Below, piece after piece: positions 37,135 to 49,074 of a stretch of DNA of 64,000 bases. The DNA is from Octopus sinensis (Eukaryota). Made by a program: the position numbers and the translations under genes. The stretch's first letter is position 1. Every line of letters begins with the position of its first letter. Under the pieces are notes generated by a model. The model did not search any database, was not told where the DNA came from, and saw only the letters and a list, made by a program, of their open reading frames with translations. The stretch lies in contig NW_021836291.1 of NCBI RefSeq assembly GCF_006345805.1, positions 1-64,000 on the forward strand, read 5' to 3'.

Positions 37135-38046
37135 TCAGTTTTTAGATAAAGGGAATGTCGGTTGTCTTTTTCAGCTATTTTTTAGCTATTATATGAAATC
37201 AATTTATATAAACCGCAGGAAATCTATTTATGCTGTAATTAAGAATTCTAATTGTTACGCTTTGAACTGATAAAAGTAATCTTTTAAACCACAATGAGAT
37301 AGTGTTTGTCAGGAATGCAGGTATTTTAATAAACATGCTTCATTGGCGATCAAGAAGGTTTTCAACATTAGATAATATTAGTTTGATAATATGGATTTAA
37401 TTATTTTGTAAATTTACAAGGTATATTAAATAAATATTAATTGAGTTAAAAAATATTTTATTCATCATTGATTAAATCTTTAAGCATAATTAACAAACAA
37501 ATATTTAATCGGAAATTATCACTAACACAGACATTTCGAGGTCACATTTTATTCCCAACTACTTTTTAGATGTGGCTGGATTCGCCACATAGTTCGTACT
37601 AAGCGATTAATTGTTTGTATAAAAACAGCAGTTTTGGTGACATGAACAGTCGATTGAGACCCAATAATGGGCAATTGACCTAGAAATATATTTCCGTATT
37701 CATATTCAATTCTGACAACAAACTAACATCTTGTGTCTGATTATGAGGATAATAGTGCAACCACAGCTCTAATCTAACAGACGGGGTAAAAATATGATAA
37801 TTGAATGAAATAGTCTTTTATGTTAAGTAATCTTCAAATGCGGTTTGAAGTATAAATTAACAAATCAATACAAAATTAATCATGACCTGCTAAAAAGGTC
37901 ACAATATTTTGAAATAATATTGGTTTTGGAAAAGATTTTTATAATTTGTAAAAAATATATTCCTGGGTTTTTATTATTTATATTGAATAACAAGTTTCGT
38001 AATATAAAATTACTCATTATAATACATTTGTCGGCACGTGTGGCTG

Positions 38047-39765
38047 ATGGTTAAGTCTCAATCCAATGCATTCGACAAAACTACCAATAACAACGGTAAA
38101 ACTACCAACTAATGCATAATATACCACAATATATATTACCCCCACATAGTTCACTCGCACCCCACCACACAAAACTACTCGGAGCCAAAAAGTCTGCACG
38201 ACTGGGGAGTCTCCGAGGCAGTTTCTGATGTCTTTCAGCCCTTTTTTAACTCAGGTTTAAAATCTCGGACAAAACCACTCAGGGAGGCTGAAATTCTCCG
38301 AATTCGACGCTCGGGCGATCGACGCCTTCAAAAGTCTAAGTCAGAGGGACGCGGAGGACATTTCGGCGTGTTTCGAAGCCAGCGACCTCTCGCACATCTC
38401 GAACAAGAGTGCCCACCTGTGCACGTCCATCCGGCTCGTGCGGGACAGGAGAAAGAACAACGTCAGTCTGAGCAACACGGAGGTGTTCAAACCCGACGAG
38501 CAGAAGATGGAGGCCATCATCCGACGGACTGGCTACCCCTACGAACGCACGTCCGGCCAGCGGAAATATGGCCCGCCTCCCAACATGACGGACATCCCGG
38601 CCGCCAACGGACACGAGATCTACATTGGGTCGATCCCCTACTCGGTGTGTGAGGACACGTTGATCCCCATGATGGAGAAATGTGGCACTATCTACGACCT
38701 CCGAATGATGGTGGATGCCGCCACTGGACGGAACAAGGGATTCTGTTTTGTGACCTTCGTGGAGGACGACGCCGTGGACATTGCAGTCAAGAAATACAAC
38801 GGAGTGGAATTGAAGGCGGGAATGAAGATACGAGTGAATCCTTCCATCCCTAACCTCAAATTGTCGTTGTCCAATCTGCCTATGAATAAGGAGGCGAGTG
38901 AGTTGATGGAGGAGTTCAATAAGTTGTTGGATGGAGTGCTGAATGTGGAGTTGACGGGGCCTGGTTGTTGTACAATCCACTTTGATCGACACAAGAATGC
39001 TTCCTCCAGCAAAAGAAAGTTGTTTACTGGGCGAGTGAGGCCGTTCGACCAGTTGGTGGGGGTTGACTGGTTTGTGGTGAATGAGGAGAACGGGGAGGAG
39101 GATGTCAAGGTGTTGTTTGTGAGGAATATTGACGCGGACATGTCTGATGCTGAATATTCGGATATTTTCAGCAGATTTGGCAGTGTTATGCGGATAAATC
39201 GTTTTACTAATCATTTATTCGTTCATTATGTTGACCGAAAGGCAGCAGAGAAGGCACTCGGCAAAATGGATAAGAAGGTGGTGTTTGTCGACATGTCCTA
39301 GTTTGTGGGCAGTCGGGAAATTGAGGTGTCCTTCGCTCGATGTCAAAACAAGAAGGAACGACGTGACAAACAGCAGTCTCGGCACTCCGGGTGTGTGTCT
39401 TATTTAATCCCAGTGTCTCTTATTTCGACAATTCAATGTTTTTGGGGGGGAATTCCAATGGCTTCTACCAGATTCCCTCATTCTTCCAAGCGGATGGATC
39501 AGTGTCGACGATTCCAATGGCCCCGATTGCGGGGATAATTCCTGACTGTTATTACTTCCCTTCCGATCCCTACTGGATGTACGACCCTGCCACTAATGGG
39601 TCGACTGTCCCCCTGATTACTCACTTTTATGACTGTTACGGTGTGCCTCACCAATATGTGTATCCTCCATTCCTCGTCAGTGGGGATGTGCCTGTTAATG
39701 GGGAGAGAGACGGGACTGTCGAGGAGTCTGGACTCAATCCAGGTTGTGTGGTCTTGTTAGTTTAG
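38047..39765 (+). CDS. SYNCRIP: hnRNP Q/R (SYNCRIP-like) RNA-binding protein
   Basis: NURR domain (FDARAIDAF...SDLSHISNKSAHLC), TSGQRKYGPP, three RRMs (IYIGSIP, RNKGFCFVTF, VKVLFVRN), Tyr/Pro-rich tail; mini-introns; 3' end approximate. Confidence 0.92.
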
Positions 39766-40280
39766 ATGGGTGTAATGGGGGAGTTGGGAATGTTGATGAG
39801 GTGGCCAACGTGGTGTAAAATTGAGACCATTTTTAATGCGATAATCATCTTAATTAATTAATTAATTTGCTATCAATGATAGTAATAAAATATGTAGATT
39901 TATTTTGTTGTTATGTTCTATTTATTCCTGATGATCGACGAATTTAATATTACCAATGTTATTTAAGTTGTGACAAGAATCTTCACATCGTTCGATATTT
40001 CTCGCATTGTTTACTATTACGCTCTATTTCAATATGCCGGATTCTTGGCGAGGATTTTTAAAGACAACTATTTGTATTTAGACCGATTGATCAGTGAATT
40101 AGCAAAATCTAGTGTTTAAAACATGGTCTCTCCATTTTTACATATCTTATTCATAAGGATTTGAATGATTACAGTTTATAAATTATGCTAATAGAACAAG
40201 ATTATTTTGAACATTATTGAACATTATGCCAAAGTCACGAGCCATTCATCTACTTTCATTCAGAATGCTCAGCGGAAATT

Positions 40281-40346
40281 AAGTCAAACAAACTTAATCC
40301 TGATCATATTAAATACTTTCTTTATCAAATTTTGTGTGGATTGAAA
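40281..40346 (+). pseudogene. Isolated MAP-kinase fragment (subdomain VIa)
   Basis: KSNKLNPDHIKYFLYQILCGLK resembles ERK/NLK/p38 L..DH..YFLYQILRGLK; no other kinase motifs nearby. Confidence 0.6.
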
Positions 40347-41994
40347 TTATCAAATTTTGTGTGGAGCTAGCTCCTGCGGAGGCCCTGCTCGCTACGCTCG
40401 CAGTTTCCTTAAATAACTATAAATTTATGTAGATATATAAATGCGACCTGCTTTGATATAACCTTATTCTAAGGCCTGTGGATAAACGATGTCTGTGGAT
40501 AAACGATGTCCATCCTTGGCAAATATAAATAAATTTCTCTTCTACCTACCCTTGAGCACCCCACATACAGCTGGCCATGTGAAAAGCACTCGTTCTCTAA
40601 AAATAAGCCTACTACCTTTAAAGACTGTCCCTGGGCCTTGTTTATTGTCATAGCAAAACTTATCTTCAGCGGAAATTGTAGTCTCTTAAATCTATCGCAG
40701 GCCCTTTCATGGTCCATAATAACGTCGACCGATTTATATATTCTTTCTCTGCCAGGGATTTTCATTAATAAATCTAAATTTATATTAAGTACCTCATCAT
40801 TAAGTGGAGCTAATATAGCTCGTTCACGCAGCCAGTCGAAATTCACGTAGTGTTCAGATAGTTCGGAATAGACGGCATTCAATAATTCTTCTGCTGTTTC
40901 TACGAAAATACATAATTCTTCCGGTAGCCTAATTTTCTGGTCGTGCATTTCTGAAGTGATTGCCCCATTTCCAATATCTAGAAGGATTTGTGGGAATATG
41001 CTATTAACGCCTTGTAAATGTGCATGTACATTTACATCTAAGCTAACCTTTTTCACGTGTGTCCACAAATATGACGATTTGAGGCAGGCATTCAATTCAT
41101 CCGCTGGCGTCCCTCTTTGAATAATTGGCAGCGTCTGTCTAAAATCACCTGCCAATACAACCAATGCTCCCCCAAACAAATGGTCGCTACAATTCTTGAT
41201 ATCTCTATATGTTCGGTCAACTGCTTGAATGCGCCTTTATGAGCCATCGTACATTCATCCCAAACAATTAACCTAGAATGCATAATTCTATTACCCGTAG
41301 TTGAGTCTAACAGCAGTCCTGACCTTGTTCAGCTGTTGTCTAAGTTCCCTCACCATTTAAGCACATCTTCCCTCGTTTCTCTTTTTTGTTATATGGTTCA
41401 TATTCTCTTGTTTGTTAACATTCTCAGATCTCTCTTTATAGGACATTCTTATGATTTTGTAAACGCGAATCAGTAATTTATATTAAATTTTCTACGTAAA
41501 TTTATTTAGTGAAATTTATGTAAAGTGTATTATCCAATCAAAGCCATTATACTTAATTGCCTCTATGTTTAAAGGAATTGAAACTTTAGCATAATCGAAC
41601 TTGTCTGTTTCGGTAAAGAAAATGATAATCAGCTTCATCTTTGTAGTATTATAAGGAAAAAAATTAAAGCCTGTTAAATCAAGGAGATTTAAATATAGGC
41701 AAATTGAAATTTACATGACTAATTTAAATTTTATTTGCCTCTATCTTTTAAGAAATCTAAACAGTAGCATAATCGAATTTGTCAGTTTCGGCAGTTAAAA
41801 AGAATCAATTATGTAAATCTCTAATAATTTTTGCTTTTTCCTTTTTAGTGGTTTTCAAAATCTGATAATTGCACAGTATATTCATGGTCGATAACAATTA
41901 GAGCTTTTATTTTATTTTTTTAACGAAAATTTAACAAAAAAGAATTTATGTCATCGAAAAAAGATAGCTAAGCTAATTAATGGCCTCACGAGGC

Positions 41995-43348
41995 TTGAAG
42001 GTTGTGGAGGACCTCATCATGTGAGTCGAGGACTTTCTTGTCGTTCATTTTAACAAAAACGCAGAAAATAATTTTTTTAATTTTTTAGCTTGAAGGTTTT
42101 GGGGGACCACATCATGTGAGTCGAGGACTTTCTTGTTGTTCATTTTTACAAAAACGCAGAAAATAATTTTTTTTAATTTTTTGGCTTGAAGGTTTTGGGG
42201 GACCACATCATGTGAGTCGAGGACTTTCTTGTTGTTCATTTTTACAAAAACGCAGAAAATAATTTTTTTTAATTTTTTGGCTTGAAGGTTTTGGGGGACC
42301 ACATCATGTGAGTCGAGGACTTTCTTGTTGTTCATTTTTACAAAAACGCAGAAAATAATTTTTTTAATTTTTTAGCTTGAAGGTTTTGGGGGACCACATC
42401 ATGTGAGTCGAGGACTTTCTTGTTGTTCATTTTTACAAAAACGCAGAAAATAATTTTTTTTTTTAATTTTTTGGCTTGAAGGTTTTGGGGGACCACATCA
42501 TGTGAGTCGAGGACTTTCTTGTTGTTCATTTTTACAAAAACGCAGAAAATAATTTTTTTAATTTTTTAGCTTGAAGGTTTTGGGGGACCACATCATGTGA
42601 GTCGAGGACTTTCTTGTTGTTCATTTTTACAAAAACGCAGAAAATAATTTTTTTTAATTTTTTGGCTTGAAGGTTTTGGGGGACCACATCATGTGAGTCG
42701 AGGACTTTCTTGTTGTTCATTTTTACAAAAACGCAGAAAATATTTTTTTTAATTTTTTGGCTTGAAGGTTTTGGGGGACCACATCATGTGAGTCGAGGAC
42801 TTTCTTGTTGTTCATTTTAACAAAAACGCAGAAAATATTTTTTTTAATTTTTTTGCTTGAAGGTTTTGGGGGACCACATCATGTGAGTCGAGGACTTTCT
42901 TGTTGTTCATTTTAACAAAAACGCAGAAAATAATTTTTTTTAATTTTTTGGCTTGAAGGTTTTGGGGGACCACATCATGTGAGTCGAGGACTTTCTTGTT
43001 GTTCATTTTTACAAAAACGCAGAAAATAATTTTTTTTAATTTTTTGGCTTGAAGTTTTGGGGGACCACATCATGTGAGTCGAGGACTTTCTTGTTGTTCA
43101 TTTTAACAAAAACGCAGAAAATAATTTTTTTTAATTTTTTGGCTTGAAGGTTTTGGGGGACCACATCATGTGAGTCGAGGACTTTCTTGTTGTTCATTTT
43201 AACAAAAACGCAGAAAATAATTTTTTTAATTTTTTAGCTTGAAGGTTTTGGGGGACCACATCATGTGAGTCGAGGACTTTCTTGTTGTTCATTTTAAAAA
43301 AACGCAGAAAATTGACTTGAAGGTTTTGGGGGACCTCATCATCGAGGA
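41995..43348. repeat. Minisatellite, ~96-bp unit x ~14, inside the Helitron
   Basis: catcatgtgagtcgagg recurs 14 times from 42015 to 43259; units differ mainly in T-run length. Confidence 0.97.
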
Positions 43349-43480
43349 TATTCTTTCTTATTAAAATTTTTTGACAGGAAGGTTCTTAGAGGATATCAAC
43401 CTTTTATTGTGCCTCATTATCGAATAACTACAAAAGGGAAGGTTTTGACAATTTGATCTGGTTTGTAACAATTTGAATGT

Positions 43481-43530
43481 GGGTGTGCACAGACAGACAG
43501 ACAGACACACAGACAGACAGACAGACACAC
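43481..43530. repeat. (ACAG)n/(AC)n microsatellite near the Helitron 5' end
   Basis: acagacagacagacagacacacagacagacagacagacacacac seen directly. Confidence 0.9.
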
Positions 43531-43639
43531 ACCATACCATTTTATTATTAAGATTATGCCAAAGTCACGAGCCATTCATCTACTTTCATTCCGAATGCTC
43601 ATCTTCGCGGAAATTACGAATTTAGCTACCACCATACGC

Positions 43640-43810
43640 TAAGAGTCTATTCCTTCGAACCTCGTCCCAGTGGTCTAAACATGGACTTTTTAAATCATCA
43701 TCCTTTTTAGACATTTCCCTGAAGACCTCTGGAAATAAAAATTAATAGTAGCCCATTTTTTATAGCTGCCGGCTTCCTACATGATGGTGATGTCGGGTTT
43801 AATACCCAAC
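43640..43810 (+). mobile_element. LINE 3'-end remnant
   Basis: tatagctgccggcttcctacatg matches the 3' motif at ~35595. Confidence 0.4.
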
Positions 43811-44789
43811 CATCATTTAACTGCCCGATTTAACATACATTTTGATGTTTATGTGGAGTGTATTTCATCATTGTTAAAATGTTTAAGATTTTTTAAATTA
43901 ATTTAAAAACTCTGAACAGTAATCACATATTTTATCATACTCAATAAAGCTTAATTTTTTTGATTATGACCTGACTTTAATTTGTTGCATTATTTTAAAT
44001 AAAAAGAAAATTTAACTTTGAGTGCAAAATGGAACTAAATCAGTTTTTAATTTCTTTATGAATTTGACAGATTTTCGACTTTAACGTCTCCTTCTGGAGG
44101 TTCTCTTTGCCACCTAGGCACAATCCTTGTCACAAGATCAAGTTTTAGTTGAATAATTGATTTTAAGTGATCCCAACGTCAATTAAAGTTATAGTTCTTT
44201 ATCTGACACGAAAATATCAGGTTTATTGTGCTGGGCTACTAATATAATTCAAGATAGTATAGTTTTTTCAACAATTAATCTAAAATGACTTATATTTCTA
44301 ATTATTTTCGAAGAGAATTATTAAATTTAGTCAAAAAATGAGAGCGTTCCATGACTTTTTTGCCTTACTGTATATATTTTAGTATCCACACGTATCTCAG
44401 CAAAATAATTAGCTAGTGAAGTCTATAATGATATCATAAATGAAGTCCGCAGTGATCTAGTCTTTACTACGGAAAATCTAAAAACGGATTGATCGTTCAA
44501 AGTATTAGAATATTAGAAAAATATTAAATGACACTAAATCTGATATAGAAGTATGAAATCCCACAAACTAAATTGATAATTCACTTTGTTTGTTAGTTAA
44601 CTCTTCAAATTGATTACCAATGACACATTCAGATACAAATCCAATTATTTGAAGATATTAGTCGGATTTATTAAATCAATAAAAATTGAAATTTTTGAAA
44701 ATATTAGTGGTTAAGGTAATAATTAGTGTAATGAACTAATGGTGATGTCATCAGTAGGTTATCCTAAATTATTGTCCTAGTTTGTTAAA

Positions 44790-45600
44790 TTACTGCTGAA
44801 TGAAAAGTGTCGCTATTAGAACAACGACAACTTTAATGAGACCGACTCCTTTAATATTTTTATTTAACAGATATACTTGCTACATATTTGGAGTTTTCTT
44901 CTGTTACTTTAGTCGTCATTTCACTTGGCTTTGCATTGAGGTCGAATGATTTGTTCTCAGTAATATAATTTTGCGTAGTTGTGACTGTCTTTGTGCTATT
45001 TTCTTTATTGACAACTTTCGTGAGACCAACGGCTTCAATATTTTAATTTAACAGATATACTTGTTACATATTTGGAGTTTTCTTCTTTTAGTTTAGTCGT
45101 CATTTCACTTGGCTTTGCATTGAGGTCGAATGATTTGTTCTCAATAATATAATTTTGCGTAGTTGTGACTGTCTTTGTGCTATTTTCTTTATTGACAACT
45201 TTCGTGAGACCAACGGCTTCAATATTTTAATTTAACAGATATACTTGTTACATATTTGGAGTTTTCTTCTTTTAGTTTAGTCGTCATTTCACTTGGCTTT
45301 GCATTGAGGTCGAATGATTTGTTCTCAATAATATAATTTTGCGTAGTTGTGACTGTCTTTGTGCTATTTTCTTTATTGACTGATTCGGCAGCCATGGCCT
45401 CAAGTTTCTCATCCCATTTCTTTGAAGTATATTTATGCCATATTACCATTTTTAGCATATCAGCAGCTAAAGGGTTTGCGATTGATCGATATTTGTTGTG
45501 TGCATCCAAAAAATTTTTTCGGTCCTCGGGTGAAACGAGAAACTAAAACCATGAATAAACGAATTACAATATTGTGAAATAACATCAGAAAAGCAAACAT
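44790..45600 (-). CDS. Secreted/GPI-anchored protein: truncated CAP (SCP) N-terminus + 3 Thr-rich repeats + hydrophobic tail (224 aa)
   Basis: Exons 45600-45568, 45542-45447, 45419-45245, 45216-45061, 45032-44877, 44848-44790 give 675 nt in frame; FLDAHNKYRSIANPLAADMLKM|KWDEKLEAMA is the CAP start; tail VGLIKVVVVLIATLFIQQ*. Confidence 0.75.
44829..45378. repeat. 184-bp tandem repeat x3 (156-nt exon + 28-nt intron unit)
   Basis: acaactttcgtgagacc at 45011 and 45195; degenerate copy at ~44828. Confidence 0.95.
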
Positions 45601-45919
45601 TTATTGAATTAAAAAAAAATAGTTTTTATATTCAAATATGACGCGTAAATGACTGCTTGTTGTACTCCAAGGTTTTATTGCTGACGTCGTTTTTTGTTTA
45701 ATTACAATAATTGATCTAATGTGGGTTTTTAATGTGAATGACTCCGACATTGTTTAATGTGATAAAGACGGACGCTTTAAATTCTTGAGAAAGTTATTTT
45801 TGTTTGTTACATCTATGAAAATAGAGTGAACAAAAATAAAAACTGAACATGCTTTTTCTCATAAATTTACAATGGGACAATGTTGAAAATATGTCTCAAA
45901 TTTATTCTTAACATAGATT

Positions 45920-46015
45920 AAAGTATTCTAAATATCGAATTGCTAACATGGCCTGCACAAAGCCCAGATTTAAACCCTATAGAGAATGTTTGGGCCTTTA
46001 TTAAAAAAATCAAAG
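45920..46015 (+). mobile_element. Tc1 transposase remnant
   Basis: IELLTWPAQSPDLNPIENVWAFIKK. Confidence 0.75.
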
Positions 46016-46475
46016 AAAGAGAATTTTTGAAAAGGGAACATTTATTTGGAGAAATGTCATACATTTGCAGTCCCGTGCAATGAAAAGAGGCCACCTAAAG
46101 AATATTTCTAAAAATAGAAATACTCGAAAATTAAAGTATGAAATTTTCTAAAAAATTCAGCAAACTCTTTTTCTTCGTCTTAATTATCCACAAAAAACTA
46201 AATATAAAGGTTATTTTTCATTATAATGCCAATTTTATTTGATTTATTAAATTTGACCTTTTCTAGGCCATGCAATAAAAAGAGGCCACTTTATTTATTT
46301 ACTAACTTTAAATCAAAAAAACAAAGATTAGTATTTCGTCAAACTTCCTTTACAATTATAAACTGAATATATTCTTCTGGGCATCAAATTATATAATTCC
46401 CTAATAAAACTGTCATCAATTGCCTCCCATTCCTCTTTCGTAATTTTCCATAAGTCCTGTAAAAGCTCAGTCCAG

Positions 46476-48400
46476 TCCAACTCGGGGTCGGCGTGCCTGG
46501 AGGATGTGAATCTGCTGTTCATGCTATCCGCACTTCCTCAGAAGCGTGCAGGAAATCACAATGTCCAAACATTCTGATCAAGCTTGACATCAGAAATGCA
46601 ATGACAGAGTCTTAGAGGCCTGCTCTGAGTATTGTCCTTCCTTATTCGGGCTCGCTTTCCAATCATACGGCCAACCATCTTCCCTTATCTTTGATTCCGA
46701 CACTATCCCGTCTGCTTCGGGAGTCCAGCAGGGAGACCCTCTGGGGCCACTTCTTTTCTGTCTTGGAATCTCCGAGGTGACCAAGCTTCTATCTTCTCCA
46801 TTAAATCTCTGGTATCTCGACGACGCCACTCTCGGTGGCCCTCCGGACATTGTCCTGCAGGACATAATTAAAATCATCCCGGCTCTGGAGAAAATCGGCC
46901 TCATTTTAAATTCCTCCAAATGTGAAATTTCCAACCTCGGATGCTCGCAATCTATTTTCGAAGACGCTGTTTCCTCTTTCTGCGATCTTATCCCGGGAGT
47001 TCAATCTACTCCCATTGACGAACTTTTTATCCTCGGAGCCCCGGTAGCTGGCAACTCTATCGATGTGGCCCTACGCAAAAAAGAACTTTTCCTCGAAGAA
47101 GCTTTTGATCGTATCAGACAGCTGGACTCGCACACTGCATTATTCCTCCTACGGAATTGCTTTTCGATCCAAAAGCTCTCCTATCTGCTTCGCTCTTCTC
47201 CGTGTTTTGATTTTTCAGAGAGGCTTTCAGCCATTGACCTTCTTATTAGCACTTGCACTCAGAACGTATGCAATTCCCCTTTCGACGACATGGGTTGGAG
47301 ACAGGCAATCCTACCGTTATCTTTTGGAGGGCTCGGCATCCGTTCATGTTCCGACCTATCGTTGCCTGCTTACCTCTCTTCCGTCTCCGCGAGCCACACA
47401 CTTGTCATGGAAATTCTACGCTCCTTCCCTGAATTTTCCTCGGACACAAATGTGGCTCATTTCAGCGAAGTCTGGAGAGAACAAGGTCTTGACTTTCCGG
47501 AAGAGCGAATGTCTCAACGAGCCTGGGATCGAATTAGATGCAAGCAAACTTTTAATCTGCTCTCGAGTCGTCCAACCAGCACCGCCGCGCTTGCCTTCTG
47601 TCGGCAGCATCCCCGGCTAGCGGAGCTTGGCTTTGTGCATTCCCGAACGCCCCATCTGGCACTCTCCTTGACGATGAAGCGGTAAGGATCGGAGTCTCTC
47701 TGCGACTCGGACTAAGGCAATGTGTCCCGCACACGTGCCGCTGTGGCTGCACTGTTGACCCTTTCGGTCTGCACCCTTTATCGTGCAAGAGGAGTGCCGG
47801 ACGTTTCCCGAGGCACTCTGCTATGAATGACATCATACGGAGGGCCCTCGACTCGGCGGGATTTCCTTCGGTTCTCGAACCACCGGGCCTTGATCGCGGC
47901 GACGGGAAACGTCCTGACGGGATGACCCTATTCCCCTTTGAAGGCGGAAAAGGCCTCGTATGGGACGCAACCTGCTGCGACACCTTTTCTGCTTCTCACT
48001 TAACTTCGTGTGCTCTGGAAGCCAAATCCGCAGCTAAGAAGGCTGAAGATTTAAAGCTTTTAAAATATTCTGCCCTCTCGGAGAGGTTTTCCGTGGTGCC
48101 GATCGCGGCGGAGACGTCGGGTGCTCTCGGTCCAAAAACCGAAAAGTTCCTTCGCAAGCTCGGAGCCAAAATCTCAATGCGCACCCATGATCCTCGAGAG
48201 GCGAACTGGCTAATGCAACGGCTCTCGATTACCATTATCCGGGGAAACAGTTTGGCAATCCGCCAGGCTACATATCCACCATAAACATAATACAGTCTAA
48301 CCCCGGGGTGGGGCACCAAAGTGCCCCAAAAACCGGGGGTGCCCTTCCAAACAGGGGTCTAGTTCAAACTATTGAATTATAGTTCATTTAACTTAAATTT
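46476..48400 (+). mobile_element. CRE-clade non-LTR retrotransposon, RT + CCHC + RLE, 5'-truncated
   Basis: QLGVGVPGGCE...KLDIRNA; GVQQGDPLGPLLF; WYLDD; GGLGIR; CRCG..VD..GLH.LSC; KRPDG...LVWDATC...KY..L...PIAAETSG...QRLSI.I.RGN; frameshift ~47565; stop 48284. Confidence 0.92.
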
Positions 48401-48419
48401 TGATGTTTGAATAAAATTT

Positions 48420-48668
48420 ATTATTATTATTATTATTATTTAAGCCAAAAACAGAATCACCGTCTTAACCATTAACTAACGTGTTCAGGTGATTCCGACA
48501 CTTCTCAACAGTCTAGCCATCTTTTCACGATGTTCAGACCGTGACCCCACACACTTTCTGTATGTACGGTGAAATGCTTGTGGTCCATCTCCACGATCCC
48601 TCCCACTTGCCTCTACAAGAGACTCCAGTGTTCGATGGACAATTTTCATGTCGGTATGGTCCTTCAGT
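48420..48668 (-). mobile_element. LINE 3' end with (TAA)n tail; same family as 7391-8401
   Basis: Close sequence match to 7391-7630 (ttaagccaa...caggtgattcc.acacttctcaacagtc.agccatcttttcacgatgtt). Confidence 0.9.
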
Positions 48669-49074
48669 ATGTTGAATAAAATACAATTTATTTAAATGGA
48701 TATTTAACAAAAATAATGTAATTAAATCTAAATATATTTTAAATAAATAAAGTGGCCTCTTTTCATTGCATGGCCTAGAAAAGGTCAAATTTAATAAATT
48801 AAATAAAATTGGCATTATAATGAAAAATAACTTTTATATTTAGTTTTTTATGGATAATTAAGACGAAGAAAAAGAATTTGCTGAATTTTTTCGAAAATTT
48901 CATACTTTAATTTTCGAGTATTTCTATTTTTAGAAATATTCTTTAGGTGGCCTCTTTTCATTGCACGGGACTGGAATAAACTCAAAATAAAATACGCAAA
49001 AAGTCTTATTAATAGCATGCCAGGCCGAATATAGATGTAATTAGAGCTAATGGAGGACATACTACACCATTTCC

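Larger units (their letters stand above)
40367..43553 (-). mobile_element. Non-autonomous Helitron with Pif1 helicase remnant
   Basis: 5' A|TCTTAATAATAAAA followed by a (TGTC)n microsatellite; 3' GC-rich hairpin region ending CTAG; IVWDECTMAHK, GDFRQTLPII, FAMTINKAQGQSL, HGQLYVGCSRV motifs at 40469-41283. Confidence 0.9.
46068..48973 (-). mobile_element. Tc1-like element with 234-bp IR/DR-type TIRs, mostly filled with retrotransposon cargo
   Basis: Inverted repeats 46068-46301 and 48740-48973 start CAGTCCCG; each has two tgcaatRaaaagaggccac direct repeats; transposase C-terminus (LMPRRIYSVYNCKGSLTKY*) at 46328-46470; no clean TA TSD. Confidence 0.85.

Noticed and set aside
38336-39214. 292-aa antisense ORF over hnRNP Q/R (likewise ORFs opposite NTMT1, RPL4, TOR1AIP and CRE)
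   Set aside because: Shadow ORFs of GC-richer coding sequence with no independent motifs.
42045-43006. Repeated 32-aa ORFs (MNNKKVLDSHDVVPQ...)
   Set aside because: By-product of a ~96-bp satellite; T-run length changes break the frame repeatedly.
41995-43348. CRISPR-like appearance of the regular repeat (also the 22-bp arrays at 49075-49495 and 50565-50730)
   Set aside because: Units are contiguous with no unique spacers, there are no cas genes, and the DNA is eukaryotic.
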